Counted from the first letter of the stretch, positions 1 through 9,474 are shown. The stretch: DNA of 32,000 nt from Candidatus Aminicenantes bacterium (GCA_017883285.1 JADGNV010000147.1:1-32000); one strand, 5' to 3'. Numbers and translations are program-made. The notes: generated by a model not told the origin, from the sequence alone.

Positions 1-26
1 CTCGCCCGGAAAGCGTGATTTTTCAT
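1..26 (-). CDS. 5' end of a leftward gene that runs off the window (8 codons visible, MKNHAFRA)
   Basis: ATG at 26..24 on the minus strand, preceded by AAGGAG 6 nt upstream. Product not assignable. Confidence 0.3.
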
Positions 27-105
27 GTTGGACTCCTTCGCATTCAGGATGGCACTATTCTATACTAATTCTATCGGGAATGAAAGACGCCGATGGATCA
101 CGAGG

Positions 106-197
106 GGGGTCAGGTCTTAACATTTGACAAATTTGACTCGGCCTGACCCCATAGTGCCAAGTCTCGCCAAAAATATTAAAAGTTAAGACCTGACCCC
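106..197. repeat. 16-bp perfect inverted repeat with a 60-nt spacer in a divergent intergenic region
   Basis: GGGGTCAGGTCTTAAC (106-121) is the exact reverse complement of GTTAAGACCTGACCCC (182-197). The spacer holds ATTTGAC at 122-128 and 131-137, with a third copy at 218-224. CCTGACCCC also occurs at 142-150. Confidence 0.7.
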
Positions 198-219
198 GAT
201 CTATTGCGTAGGCGCCGAT

Positions 220-248
220 TTGACCTGCCCCCCCGCTTCCGCTAGGAT
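220..248 (+). promoter_or_regulatory. sigma70-like promoter candidate for the 289..876 gene
   Basis: TTGACC (220-225), 17-nt spacer, TAGGAT (243-248). An AAAGGAG ribosome-binding site at 275-281 precedes the ATG at 289. Confidence 0.4.
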
Positions 249-288
249 ATTCGGGTATCATGCCGATCGGAATCAAAGGAGTCCTGCC

Positions 289-876
289 ATGAAAAAGAAC
301 GCTTCGCTTCTGCTTATCGCCGCCCTCGCCGGGCTGTGGATCGTCTCGTTCGCGGCCGGCCAGGGCGCCGCCCCGAAGGCCTCGCCTCCCGTCCTGGTGA
401 CGTCGTGCGGGCAGAGCCAGGCTCCGGCGATGCTGAACGTGATCCTGAAGAGAGTCGGCGTCGTCTACGAAGTCCTCCCTCTGGCCACGCCCCAGGACCT
501 CAAGGACAAGGCCTGCAAGACACTCATCATCACCATGGGCGCCAGCCTCAAGGGCATGGGCGCGGCCGGAATCTCGATCGACGACGAGTTGAAGCGGATC
601 GCCGACGTGATCGACGCGGCCAAGAAAGCCAAAATCACGATCATCGGCGCGCACATCGAGGGGATGAAGCGCCGCGCCCAGGGCGCCGACGCGGGCGACA
701 CGACCGACGAACAGAGCATCGACGCCGTCGCCCCCAAGTCCGACATCCTGCTGGTCATCAAGGAAGGCAACGCGGACGGGCGCTTCACGAACATCTCCCA
801 AGGCAAGAAGATCCCCCTGGTCGAGGCCGAGAAGAACATGGACCTGGTGAAGGAACTGGAAAAGCTGCTTAAATGA
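289..876 (+). CDS. secreted or lipoprotein-like hypothetical protein
   Basis: ATG at 289 has an AAAGGAG site 7 nt upstream. N-terminus MKKNASLLLIAALAGLWIVSFAAGQG looks like a signal peptide. In frame with track ORF 220..876. No catalytic motif recognised. Confidence 0.75.
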   Translation: MKKNASLLLIAALAGLWIVSFAAGQGAAPKASPPVLVTSCGQSQAPAMLNVILKRVGVVYEVLPLATPQDLKDKACKTLIITMGASLKGMGAAGISIDDELKRIADVIDAAKKAKITIIGAHIEGMKRRAQGADAGDTTDEQSIDAVAPKSDILLVIKEGNADGRFTNISQGKKIPLVEAEKNMDLVKELEKLLK

Positions 877-907
877 CCGCAACTCAGCCATAAGTTGAGT
901 TGCGGTC
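875..907 (+). terminator. perfect 12-bp stem hairpin overlapping the stop codon (no U-tract)
   Basis: GACCGCAACTCA (875-886) pairs with TGAGTTGCGGTC (896-907), 9-nt loop. It lies between convergent genes. It lacks a T-run, so this is not a canonical intrinsic terminator. Confidence 0.45.
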
Positions 908-991
908 ATCCCGAGTGAAGCGAGGGATCTCCCGGCGACGAAGGGGGGTTGCCACGCTCCCTACGGTCGCTCGCAACGACATTTTGCGAGT

Positions 992-3073
992 TTACTTCTG
1001 CTTGATCGTCACGAACCCCGTGAGCTCGAGGGTCTTCACGTAGCCCTCGACGTCCTTAAGCGCCACCGGGCCGCTCTCGGCCGCGACCGCATTCCGGATG
1101 TCGAGAATGCTCCGCTTCCCGTCGAGGTAGTTCCGGACCGCGCCCTCCGACCGTCCGAGTAGATAGGCCGGGGCGTCCTTCATGTCCTTCCGCTTCGCGG
1201 CGAAACCCTGCGCGTCGAACGACCCCTGCATCTTCTCGGTCCGGACCGGGACGAGTTTAGCCGTCCGGAGCTCGTCCGGCGTCGAAGCGAGCTTCACGGG
1301 CGTCAGCCCTTCCTTCTGGCAGCGGTTCCGGTAGAGCTGCTCGAGGGCCCGGGCATAGGCTGGCCGGAATTCCCCGAAGGCCTTGATGTGGCTCGCGAGG
1401 AGCGCTTCGAGCGCGGCGTCGCCTCGGATGAAGAACCGGACCGACGCCATCGTGTCCTGCTCGTGAGCGATGGCCTGGCCGAGGATGTTGTCCGCGTCGC
1501 GGTAGGCGTCGTGGAGCTTGGCCTTGTCGGCCGCGAGCAGGAGGCTCTCCGCGCGCGCTTTCCGCTCGCCCAGCCGGGCGTGGGAGCGCGTCGAGACCTC
1601 GTTGATCAGGGTCAGCGTCTCGTCCGGCCCCGCCCCGGCCAGGAAGACGGCCGCGGCCGCGCCGATGAAGACGACCCGCTTGAGTTGGGTCGCGTCGGAC
1701 TTGTCGACCGTGTCCCGGTTGGTGTGGTACCACTGGTCGGGCCAGACGATCATCATGACCGCCGGCACGCGGACCCCGCCCTCGACGAAGACGACGTGGT
1801 CGCTCCCGCCGGAGTAGGGGTCGATGACGTAGTAGAACGGGTCGCGCGAGCCGTTGGGCGACCAGATCGGGAGATAGGCCTCGGTCCGCTCGTTGTTGCG
1901 CTGGGTCGTACCCACCCACTCGTAGAGCGCCCGCATGACGTCGTTGAGGTAGGTGGCCATGTACCAGGGCGCCTGGATGAGCTCGAAGAGGCTCTGGTTC
2001 TTGATCAGCCCCTCGCCGACCATGTCCTCGTTGATGTTGGCGAAGAAGCGCCTGGCGATCTCGGGATATTTCCGGAGATAGGCCTGAGTACCGGAGATCT
2101 CGGGCACGAACAGGAAGCGGACCGACCGCTTGAGGGGCGGGATCTTCCCGTCGTCCATGAGCTTTTGGAGGACCCGGGCCGTCTCGAGGATGGCCACGCA
2201 ACCGGAGCAGTCGTCGTTCGCGCCCTGCTTGGCGAAGCCCTCGTAGAGGTGGGCGGTGAATACGAGCTCCTCGTTCGGGAACTCTTTCCCGGGGATGAAG
2301 CCCTCGACCATCTGTTCCTTGTAGGGGACCATCTGGGCCTTGGCGATCGCCCGGACCTCGATCTTGGCCCCCCGCTCGAGCTGGTCGCGCAGGTCGTTGC
2401 CCTGGCGGGTCGAGAGCATGAAGCCGAAGGTCTTCTTCATGCTCTCGGAGGACCGGACCGAGCTCCAGCCGACCTCGTCGGGGTCGAATTCGGCGTGGCT
2501 CGAGGCATAGCCGATGAGACCCAGGGCGCCGAACTGCTCGACCGCCATGGCCTGGGCGCCGCCGGGCGAGCCGTTGACCAGGACGATCTTGCCCTTGACG
2601 TCCTTGCCCTCGTAGAATTCCTTGCGGTTGCCCGGCCCCACATATACGAGCTCGGCCATGACGTCGGTCGTCACGCTCCCCGAGCAGAGGGAGGCCGCGA
2701 CCTCTTTGAGGTCGGCGATCTTGCGCTTGTCGGGTTTCGTGATCCAGAGCTCGGCCATCTCCGCGTCCCAGGTCGTCGTCCCGCGCGTCGGCAGGTCGAT
2801 GATCTGGGAGGCCTTGATCCCATATTCCTTGAGCTTGGCCAGGACGAACGCCGCGTCGAAGTAGCCCTGGACGTATTCCTCGGGCGGCCGGTTGCGGTTG
2901 ACGCCGGCGATGAAGATCTCGTTCTGGAGGGCCAGATCCCCGGAGGCCTCGTGGATGATCTCCTTCAGCAGGGCGAGGGGCAGGATCGTCTTGGGCACGC
3001 CTTCCGCGGGCTGGGCGGACGCGGTATGGAACGCGAACAGGGCCAAAGCGGCGGCGAGAAGGGTCTTTTTCAT
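992..3073 (-). CDS. M28-family metallopeptidase with signal peptide (aminopeptidase-like, PA-domain-like insert)
   Basis: Start at MKKTLLAAALALFAFHTASAQ (ATG 3073..3071). Motif GANDDCSGCVAILETARVL fits the M28 metal-binding region. The rest of track ORF 992..4111 upstream of 3073 is antisense to the next gene. Confidence 0.85.
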   Translation of the reverse strand: MKKTLLAAALALFAFHTASAQPAEGVPKTILPLALLKEIIHEASGDLALQNEIFIAGVNRNRPPEEYVQGYFDAAFVLAKLKEYGIKASQIIDLPTRGTTTWDAEMAELWITKPDKRKIADLKEVAASLCSGSVTTDVMAELVYVGPGNRKEFYEGKDVKGKIVLVNGSPGGAQAMAVEQFGALGLIGYASSHAEFDPDEVGWSSVRSSESMKKTFGFMLSTRQGNDLRDQLERGAKIEVRAIAKAQMVPYKEQMVEGFIPGKEFPNEELVFTAHLYEGFAKQGANDDCSGCVAILETARVLQKLMDDGKIPPLKRSVRFLFVPEISGTQAYLRKYPEIARRFFANINEDMVGEGLIKNQSLFELIQAPWYMATYLNDVMRALYEWVGTTQRNNERTEAYLPIWSPNGSRDPFYYVIDPYSGGSDHVVFVEGGVRVPAVMMIVWPDQWYHTNRDTVDKSDATQLKRVVFIGAAAAVFLAGAGPDETLTLINEVSTRSHARLGERKARAESLLLAADKAKLHDAYRDADNILGQAIAHEQDTMASVRFFIRGDAALEALLASHIKAFGEFRPAYARALEQLYRNRCQKEGLTPVKLASTPDELRTAKLVPVRTEKMQGSFDAQGFAAKRKDMKDAPAYLLGRSEGAVRNYLDGKRSILDIRNAVAAESGPVALKDVEGYVKTLELTGFVTIKQK

Positions 3074-3256
3074 AGGGCCTCCTAAAAGCCCCATTCTATG
3101 CCTTTCGCCGAAAGGAAGTAAATCCGGAAATCCCGGGGCGAAGGACAGGGGGGCGGGGCCGGATTGACTCTCGCCGGGTTCGGTGCTATGGTCTTCCCAG
3201 CAGACAGGAGAAGGGAACGGGTTGATATCCCGTCCGCCTTCGTGAGGAGAAACACC

Positions 3257-4087
3257 ATGAAACGAGGAGCCTGGATCGTGGTCGCCGCGGGCCTGACGGT
3301 TTTCGTTCTGCAATCCGTCGCCCAGTTCAAGCCGGAGGAAATCACCGATTACGCCAAGTGGGAGGAATTCCTCGCCACGGCGAAAATCGTCGACCAAAAG
3401 CAGTTGCCCGAGAGCGAGGGCATCACCCAGCCCTGGGAGCTGACCCTGGAAAAGGACGGGATCAAGAGAAACGCCGTCTGGAAGAAAATCAGCGGCAACG
3501 TCCGCGGTTTCAAGGAAAGCTGGAAGGCAGAGATCGCCGCCTATCGCTTGAGCAAAGCCCTGGGGCTGAACATGGTGCCTCCGACCGTCGAGCGCGAATT
3601 CCAGGGCGACAAGGGATCCTGCCAGCTGTGGGTGGATTTCTGGAAGAATTTCGAGAAAATCACGAAAGAGAAGCTCCAGCCCAAAGGGATCAAGTACTCC
3701 TACTTCATCCGGGCCATCTGCCTCCAGCGGGCGTTCGACAATCTGATCTCCAACGAGGACCGCCACCAGCGGAACTACCTGATCACCGAGGACTGGCGAA
3801 TGATCCTCATCGACCATTCCCGAACGTTCCGGACGACGGCCAAGTTCACGAAGAACCTCATCTACGACGAGAAATACAAGGAAGGGAAGAACTTCATCAT
3901 GGATACCCTCCCCCGGAAGTTCTATGAGGCCGTCAAATCCCTGACCGCGGCCTCCATCCGGGAGATCGTGGGCGATACCCTGACCGACGAGGAGATCGCG
4001 TCCACGGTCGCCCGCAAGGACCTCATGGTCGCCTGGATCGAAAAACACATCAAGGAGATGGGCGAGACGTACGCCCTCTACGACTAG
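3257..4087 (+). CDS. secreted protein with PI3K/PI4K-like kinase catalytic motifs
   Basis: ATG at 3257, signal-like MKRGAWIVVAAGLTVFVLQSVAQ. NLISNEDRHQRNYLI (DRHxxN catalytic-loop pattern) is followed by ILIDHSRTF (IDH in place of DFG). Confidence 0.6.
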   Translation: MKRGAWIVVAAGLTVFVLQSVAQFKPEEITDYAKWEEFLATAKIVDQKQLPESEGITQPWELTLEKDGIKRNAVWKKISGNVRGFKESWKAEIAAYRLSKALGLNMVPPTVEREFQGDKGSCQLWVDFWKNFEKITKEKLQPKGIKYSYFIRAICLQRAFDNLISNEDRHQRNYLITEDWRMILIDHSRTFRTTAKFTKNLIYDEKYKEGKNFIMDTLPRKFYEAVKSLTAASIREIVGDTLTDEEIASTVARKDLMVAWIEKHIKEMGETYALYD

Positions 4088-4124
4088 GTTTGAAATAATT
4101 CCGTTTTTCATCTAGAGTATTTGT

Positions 4125-4153
4125 CCTGAGCAAACGCGCCGCGTTTGCTCAGG
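4125..4153 (+). terminator. perfect 13-bp stem hairpin downstream of 3257..4087 (no U-tract)
   Basis: CCTGAGCAAACGC (4125-4137), loop GCC, GCGTTTGCTCAGG (4141-4153). Confidence 0.45.
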
Positions 4154-4219
4154 TCCCGGCCTGCACCGAAAGCTCTGCCCATGGTGTGCGCCGGGGCCGT
4201 AAGCACAGGAGCGCAGCCC

Positions 4220-5512
4220 ATGAGCATGACCACCTCGGCGACGATCATCCTGGCCGCCATGGTGGCGGCCTACATCCTGGCGAAGGCCCTCAAGATCTCG
4301 ACCGAGCTCTCGATTCTGGCCGCGGCCCTCGTCGGCGCCCTCACCGGCGGGGCCGGCATTCCGGTGCGGCACATTGCCGAGGGCGCCATCACCTACCTCG
4401 ACATCTGCCTGATCTTCATCACCGCGACCCTCTTCATGAACTTCCTCAAGGAGTCGGGCGGCGTCGCCTTCGTCATCCGCCGAATCCTAGTCCGCTTCCA
4501 CCGCCACAAGGTCCTGCTGTTCGTCCTGCTGACCGTGTTGATGCTCATCCCCGGGATGCTGACCGGCGCGGGGAGCGTGACGGTGCTCATCGTCGGCGGA
4601 CTCGTGGCCAGCGTCCTCACCTATATGGGGCTCCCCAAACCCAAGGCGGCGGCTATTGTCTTCGTCATCGCCGCGCTGAGCGCGGCCGCGCCGCCCGTCA
4701 GCCTATGGGCCATGCTCACCGCGGCCGGGGTCAACATGCCCTACGTCGGCTTCTTCCTGCCGCTCATGATCCCCTGCCTCCTGCTGGCCCTGGCGACGAT
4801 CTTCATCCTGGGCTGGAAGGCCAAGCCCCCCGACCTGGAGCAGGTGCTCCGGGAGATCCCCCCGGCCCCGCCGGGCATGAGCTGGTTCAAGATCGCCCTG
4901 CCGTTCCTCCTCTTCCTCGCCCTGGTCCTCGCCGGCCGGATCTTCCCGTTCTCCTTCCCCATCATGGGCCTGCCGCTCATGTTCGCCTGCGCGGCGGGCA
5001 TCGTCCTCGCCCTGTCGCCCGTGAAAATCGACATTCTCGCAGTGTCCCGCAAGACCGTCCACCAGCTCCTGCCCCTCATCGGGACCCTGACCTGCGTCGG
5101 CATCCTGGTCCAGATCATGACCCTGACCGGTGTGCGCGGCCTGATCGCCATCTCGGTCGTCACCCTGCCGGTGATGGTCGTCATCCTGACCCTGTTCCTG
5201 ACCCTGCCGGTCTCCGAGACCGTCCTGATGTGGGGAGCGGCCCCCGTGCTCGGCGTACCGCTCGTCCTGCTCTTCAACACCATCAACCTCAATCCGATCG
5301 TCGCCCTGGCCGGGATGAGCCTCATCTGGCCGCTCGGAGACGCCCTCCCACCCACGGCCATCATCGGGCGACTGACCGTGGAGACGGTCGGCATGAAGGA
5401 AAAATACTCGACGTTCCTGAAATACTGCATCGTCCCGGCCGTTCTGATCATCGTCGTCGGGACGCTGATGGTCATCTTCAGCAAGAAGCTGGCTTTCCTG
5501 ACCGTGTTTTAG
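4220..5512 (+). CDS. multi-pass membrane permease (ion-transporter superfamily-like, DctM/GntP/CitT type; substrate unknown)
   Basis: Hydrophobic along its whole length with many predicted TM segments. Probable start MSMTTSATIILAAMV at ATG 4220, in frame with track ORF 4145..5512. Confidence 0.7.
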   Translation: MSMTTSATIILAAMVAAYILAKALKISTELSILAAALVGALTGGAGIPVRHIAEGAITYLDICLIFITATLFMNFLKESGGVAFVIRRILVRFHRHKVLLFVLLTVLMLIPGMLTGAGSVTVLIVGGLVASVLTYMGLPKPKAAAIVFVIAALSAAAPPVSLWAMLTAAGVNMPYVGFFLPLMIPCLLLALATIFILGWKAKPPDLEQVLREIPPAPPGMSWFKIALPFLLFLALVLAGRIFPFSFPIMGLPLMFACAAGIVLALSPVKIDILAVSRKTVHQLLPLIGTLTCVGILVQIMTLTGVRGLIAISVVTLPVMVVILTLFLTLPVSETVLMWGAAPVLGVPLVLLFNTINLNPIVALAGMSLIWPLGDALPPTAIIGRLTVETVGMKEKYSTFLKYCIVPAVLIIVVGTLMVIFSKKLAFLTVF

Positions 5513-5531
5513 GGAAGCGAAGGAGATCGAC

Positions 5532-5681
5532 GTGATCATCACCTGGCTTTATTCCCTCCTGGTGGCCTACGTGGTCGTCCTCATGGTCTGGAACCTCCTC
5601 AAGAGCCGGAAATGGCAGGAGGAGGTCCTCTATGTCGTCGTCCTCCTCCCGTTCGTCCTGCGGCTCCTGAGGCTGAAGTAA
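5532..5681 (+). CDS. small 49-aa membrane protein, possible permease accessory subunit
   Basis: GTG at 5532 has GAAGGAG 6-7 nt upstream. Translation VIITWLYSLLVAYVVVLMVWNLLKSRKWQEEVLYVVVLLPFVLRLLRLK, stop TAA 5679-5681. Too short to appear in the ORF track. Confidence 0.45.
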   Translation: MIITWLYSLLVAYVVVLMVWNLLKSRKWQEEVLYVVVLLPFVLRLLRLK

Positions 5682-5700
5682 GGAGCGGGGAGACGCGACC

Positions 5701-6849
5701 ATGCTCCGCAAATCGATCATCATCGCCCTCGGCTTGGTCCTGGCCGTCTTCTCCGGCCTGTCGTTTTACCGCAGCCGCCACTTGAAAGAGCCGGTCGTGG
5801 CCGGGCCGGGCGTCGCCCAGGTCAAGACCCTGGGCGATTATTTCGCTCCCCTCAAGGGCACGGCCAACGACGCCAACGTCTACATCCTCGAGGGGCCGAA
5901 GCCCGGCGGGACCGTCCTCGTCCTCGGCGGTTCGCATCCCGAGGAGCCGGCCGGCCGCCTCACCACCTGGATCCTGGCCGAGAACGCGGCCCTCGACCAG
6001 GGGCGGCTCATCGTCCTCAACTCGGCCAACCGGAGCGCCAGCACGGTCACGCGGCCGAGCGGCGCCTATCCCCCGGACTATACGATTAAGACGGCGTGGG
6101 GCGGGCAGACGTTCCGCATGGGCGACCGATGGTCGAACCCGCTCGACCAGTGGCCCGACCCCGAGGTCTACATCCACTATCCGTCCAAGCAGAACCTGGC
6201 CTACATGGACATCCGGAACCTGAACCGCGACTGGCCGGGCCGTCCGAACGGCACACTGACCGAAAAGACGTGCTACGCCCTGATCCAGCTCATCGTCCGG
6301 GAGGACGTCGACATCGCGATCGACCTCCACGAGGCCGAGCTCCAATATCCGGTCATCAGCACGATCGTGGCCCACCCCAAGGGGCTCGACCTCGCGGCCA
6401 TGGCCTCCATGGCCCTCTCCGACGAGGAGTTCAAGATCGGGATGGAAAAATCGCCGGCCGAGCTGCGCGGCCTGTCGCACCGCGAGATCGGCGACTCCAC
6501 GAAAGCGATCCCGCTCCTCTTCGAGTCGCCCGAGCCGTTCCTCGACGCGACCCGCGGCCGGACGGACGCCCGGCTCCTTCTCGAGGGTAAGGACGACTTC
6601 GTCGTCCGGGCTGGGAAGCGGGGGTTGCTTTTCGAGAAAATCGACGAGAAAGGCTGGCCCATCGACGTCCGGGTGGGCCGCCATTGCTCGACGCTGATCC
6701 AGGTGCTTACCGTCTGGTCCCAGGACCATGCCGACCGGGCGGTGGTGATGAAGAACGTCCCGAAATACGCCGAGATCATCCAAAAAGGCGTCGGCGCATT
6801 CCTCCACGACCCGGCCAAGGCCGACCCGAAAAAAGTATATTATGAGTGA
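5701..6849 (+). CDS. succinylglutamate desuccinylase/aspartoacylase-type (M14-like) family protein, membrane-anchored or secreted
   Basis: N-terminal TM/signal MLRKSIIIALGLVLAVFSGL. GGSHPEEPAG resembles the GGxHGNE zinc-ligand motif, and DLHEAE is downstream. Confidence 0.65.
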   Translation: MLRKSIIIALGLVLAVFSGLSFYRSRHLKEPVVAGPGVAQVKTLGDYFAPLKGTANDANVYILEGPKPGGTVLVLGGSHPEEPAGRLTTWILAENAALDQGRLIVLNSANRSASTVTRPSGAYPPDYTIKTAWGGQTFRMGDRWSNPLDQWPDPEVYIHYPSKQNLAYMDIRNLNRDWPGRPNGTLTEKTCYALIQLIVREDVDIAIDLHEAELQYPVISTIVAHPKGLDLAAMASMALSDEEFKIGMEKSPAELRGLSHREIGDSTKAIPLLFESPEPFLDATRGRTDARLLLEGKDDFVVRAGKRGLLFEKIDEKGWPIDVRVGRHCSTLIQVLTVWSQDHADRAVVMKNVPKYAEIIQKGVGAFLHDPAKADPKKVYYE

Positions 6850-6882
6850 TCATTCCCATAAATTCCCCCGAAAGGACATTTG

Positions 6883-8220
6883 ATGCGCACGTATGAATCC
6901 ATCTGTCTCGGCGTGCCCGAGATCCTGCTCCCCAAGGCCGGCACGGACCTGACCAAGTGGGCCGTCATCGCCTGCGACCAGTACACCTCCGAACCCGAAT
7001 ACTGGCGGAAGGCGGCCGACCTCATCGGCGACGCCCCCTCGACTCTGAATCTCATCTATCCCGAAGTCTTCCTCGGCGAGAAGGACCCCGGGGCACGGAT
7101 CTCCGGGATTCAAGCGACGATGCACCGCTACCTGAACCAGGGCCTGTTCGACGCGGCCCCGGGGTTCGTCTATCTCGAGCGGACGGTCGCCGGCCGCACT
7201 CGCAAGGGCCTCGTGATCGCCCTCGACCTCGAACACTACGATTTCCGGAAAGGCGCGGAGAGCATGGTCCGGGCCACGGAAGGGACCATCCTCGAGCGCA
7301 TCCCGCCCCGGGTCAAGATCCGCGAGGGCGCCCTCCTCGAGCTCCCCCACATCATGGTCCTTATCGACGACCCCGGCGACATGGTCCTCGGCCCGCTCAC
7401 GGCCAACACGGCCAAGCTGCCGAAGCTCTACGATTTCGAACTCATGCTGGGCTCGGGCCATCTGGCCGGCTACCGCGTCCGGGACGAGGCGCGGGAGACG
7501 GCCGTGGTCAGCGGCCTTCGGACGCTGGCCGACCCGAAGCACTTCGTGGAAAAATACGGCCTCAAGCCGGGGACCCCGGTCCTGCTCTACGCCATGGGCG
7601 ACGGCAACCACTCCCTGGCCACGGCCAAGACGATCTGGGAGAAGACCAAGGAACACGCCGCGGACCGGGCCAAGATCCTGAAGTCCCCTCTCCGCTACGC
7701 GCTGGTCGAAATCGTCAATCTCCACGACGACGCCCTGGTCTTCGAGCCGATCCACCGGGTGCTGTTCGACCTGGCCCCGGGCGTCGACCTCTATGCCAAG
7801 ATGAACGAATTCTATCCGGGCCGCTGCCGGCATTATCCCGTGGCGGGCCTCGAGGATATGAAGGCCGTCGTGGACGCCCAGAACGGCGCGCCCCACAAGG
7901 TCGGTCTCGTCTCGGCCGCAGGCTGCGTCGTGGCCGAAATCGAAAAGCCGGACACCAACCTGCCGGTCGGGACGCTCCAGAACTGCCTCGATGCGTTCCT
8001 GAAGGCCCAGGGCGCCCGCGAGATCGACTACGTCCACGGAACGGAGTCCCTCGCCCACCTCGGGACCAAGCCGGGCAACGTCGGGTTCTACCTCCCGGCC
8101 ATGAAGAAGGAAGAACTCTTCCGGACGGTCATCCTCGACGGCGCGCTGCCGCGAAAGACGTTCTCCATGGGCGAATCGCACGAAAAGCGGTTCTACATGG
8201 AGGCCCGGAAGCTCATCTGA
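6883..8220 (+). CDS. DUF1015 family protein
   Basis: ATG at 6883; the track starts at TTG 6880. Architecture and the motif YAMGDGNHSLATAK resemble the ADGHHR region of DUF1015. Confidence 0.6.
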   Translation: MRTYESICLGVPEILLPKAGTDLTKWAVIACDQYTSEPEYWRKAADLIGDAPSTLNLIYPEVFLGEKDPGARISGIQATMHRYLNQGLFDAAPGFVYLERTVAGRTRKGLVIALDLEHYDFRKGAESMVRATEGTILERIPPRVKIREGALLELPHIMVLIDDPGDMVLGPLTANTAKLPKLYDFELMLGSGHLAGYRVRDEARETAVVSGLRTLADPKHFVEKYGLKPGTPVLLYAMGDGNHSLATAKTIWEKTKEHAADRAKILKSPLRYALVEIVNLHDDALVFEPIHRVLFDLAPGVDLYAKMNEFYPGRCRHYPVAGLEDMKAVVDAQNGAPHKVGLVSAAGCVVAEIEKPDTNLPVGTLQNCLDAFLKAQGAREIDYVHGTESLAHLGTKPGNVGFYLPAMKKEELFRTVILDGALPRKTFSMGESHEKRFYMEARKLI

Positions 8221-8244
8221 AGGACGAAGCGAAAGGAAACGACC

Positions 8245-9474
8245 ATGACACGATCCGGAACGACATGGGGCATTCTCGAAAGGACTGGACGGCGGGCGGG
8301 GCTCGCCCTCGGCGTTTTCGCCGTCCTCGTCCTCATCGTTGTCCACGCAAGTTTCGCGGCAGCGAGTACGACGGGGGCGACGACGATGAGGGCGAGGGCG
8401 CCGTTTGCGGGACAGGAGGTTTCCAAGGAATGGAAGCTCCGCGTCACCGCGAAGAGCGCCGGCATCCATCGCGAACAGGACACCAAAAGTCCGGTCATCG
8501 GCTGGGTAGCGCAGGGCAAGGAGCTGACCTCGACTGTTTACGACGGCGAATGGTACATGATCACCATCCGCACCGGCGAGGGCGGGATGGTCCTGCCGGG
8601 GTACATCTCCCGCTTCGATGTGCAGGTCATCGAAGAAAAAGTCGACAAAGGGCCCGATTTCTGGGACGCGTCGGCCGAATCGGCCCGGCGCAAGGGGCTC
8701 ACGCTGAAGATCTCGGGCGGCTACAGCCTGTTCTCCGGCGGGGACATCGACGCGGGGGCCATGGGGATGTTCAACCAGGCCTCCGCCACGGCTATGGCCT
8801 CGGGCTTCACGACTATAAAGAACGATCCGAAGGCTTTTCACGCGGGCCCCGAAGGTGGCGTGGATCTCATCTACCGCCTGGGTCCCCGCTTCGGGATCGG
8901 CCTCGGCGGGAGCTATCTCAACGCCAAGGGCGAGAGCTCGCTCCAGTTCGCCGAGAACAACGTGAACTATCAGACGATGTGGAACGTCCCCGCCCTCAAG
9001 GCCTACGGCGTCCGGCTCGAAGCCTACTACAACGCATCGCTCCTTCCCTGGCTGGGGCTGACCGCCCACGGAGGTCCGGCGTATTACCATGCCGATTATA
9101 ATTACAGCCGGGATTACAGCACGACCACCTACGAGGAGAGCGACCTTCAAGCGGCCAAGGCCGACACCCTGGGGTTCCACGGCGGCGTTGGCCTGTCGAT
9201 CGGATTGAACGCCCGGATCGCGATCCTTCTCGAAGTCCAGGTCCGCTATGCGAGATTCGGCGACCTCAAGGGCTCGGAGAAGCTGGAGCAGACGCCGTCC
9301 GACGGCGCCACCGTCATCAAGGAGACGTCGGGATCGCTCTATTTTATCGAAGGCGGCGCGTATCCGAAGCTGGCCGTGCTCGCGGACGGGGCGACCTCCG
9401 GACTCAACGCCCGGAAGGCCGTCCTCGACATCTCCGGGGTCGTCCTCGCGGGCGGCGTAGTGATCCGGTTTTAA
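8245..9474 (+). CDS. hypothetical exported protein with an SH3b-like domain and a C-terminal beta-barrel-like region
   Basis: TM/signal LALGVFAVLVLIVV. SH3-like KSPVIGWVAQGKELTSTVYDGEWYMITI. The C-terminal half is Gly/Tyr/Ser-rich with alternating pattern and ends in ...VVIRF. Confidence 0.55.
   Translation: MTRSGTTWGILERTGRRAGLALGVFAVLVLIVVHASFAAASTTGATTMRARAPFAGQEVSKEWKLRVTAKSAGIHREQDTKSPVIGWVAQGKELTSTVYDGEWYMITIRTGEGGMVLPGYISRFDVQVIEEKVDKGPDFWDASAESARRKGLTLKISGGYSLFSGGDIDAGAMGMFNQASATAMASGFTTIKNDPKAFHAGPEGGVDLIYRLGPRFGIGLGGSYLNAKGESSLQFAENNVNYQTMWNVPALKAYGVRLEAYYNASLLPWLGLTAHGGPAYYHADYNYSRDYSTTTYEESDLQAAKADTLGFHGGVGLSIGLNARIAILLEVQVRYARFGDLKGSEKLEQTPSDGATVIKETSGSLYFIEGGAYPKLAVLADGATSGLNARKAVLDISGVVLAGGVVIRF

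Noticed and set aside
3074-4111. N-terminal 345-aa extension of the 1039-aa ORF 992..4111
   Set aside because: This part is antisense to the 3257..4087 gene and compositionally aberrant. A signal peptide and a start codon at 3073 define the real M28 peptidase.
4186-5542. 449-aa (+) and 279-aa (-) ORFs overlapping the permease gene
   Set aside because: These are alternative frames of a clearly hydrophobic transporter gene. The translations are Arg/Pro/His/Asp-rich junk.
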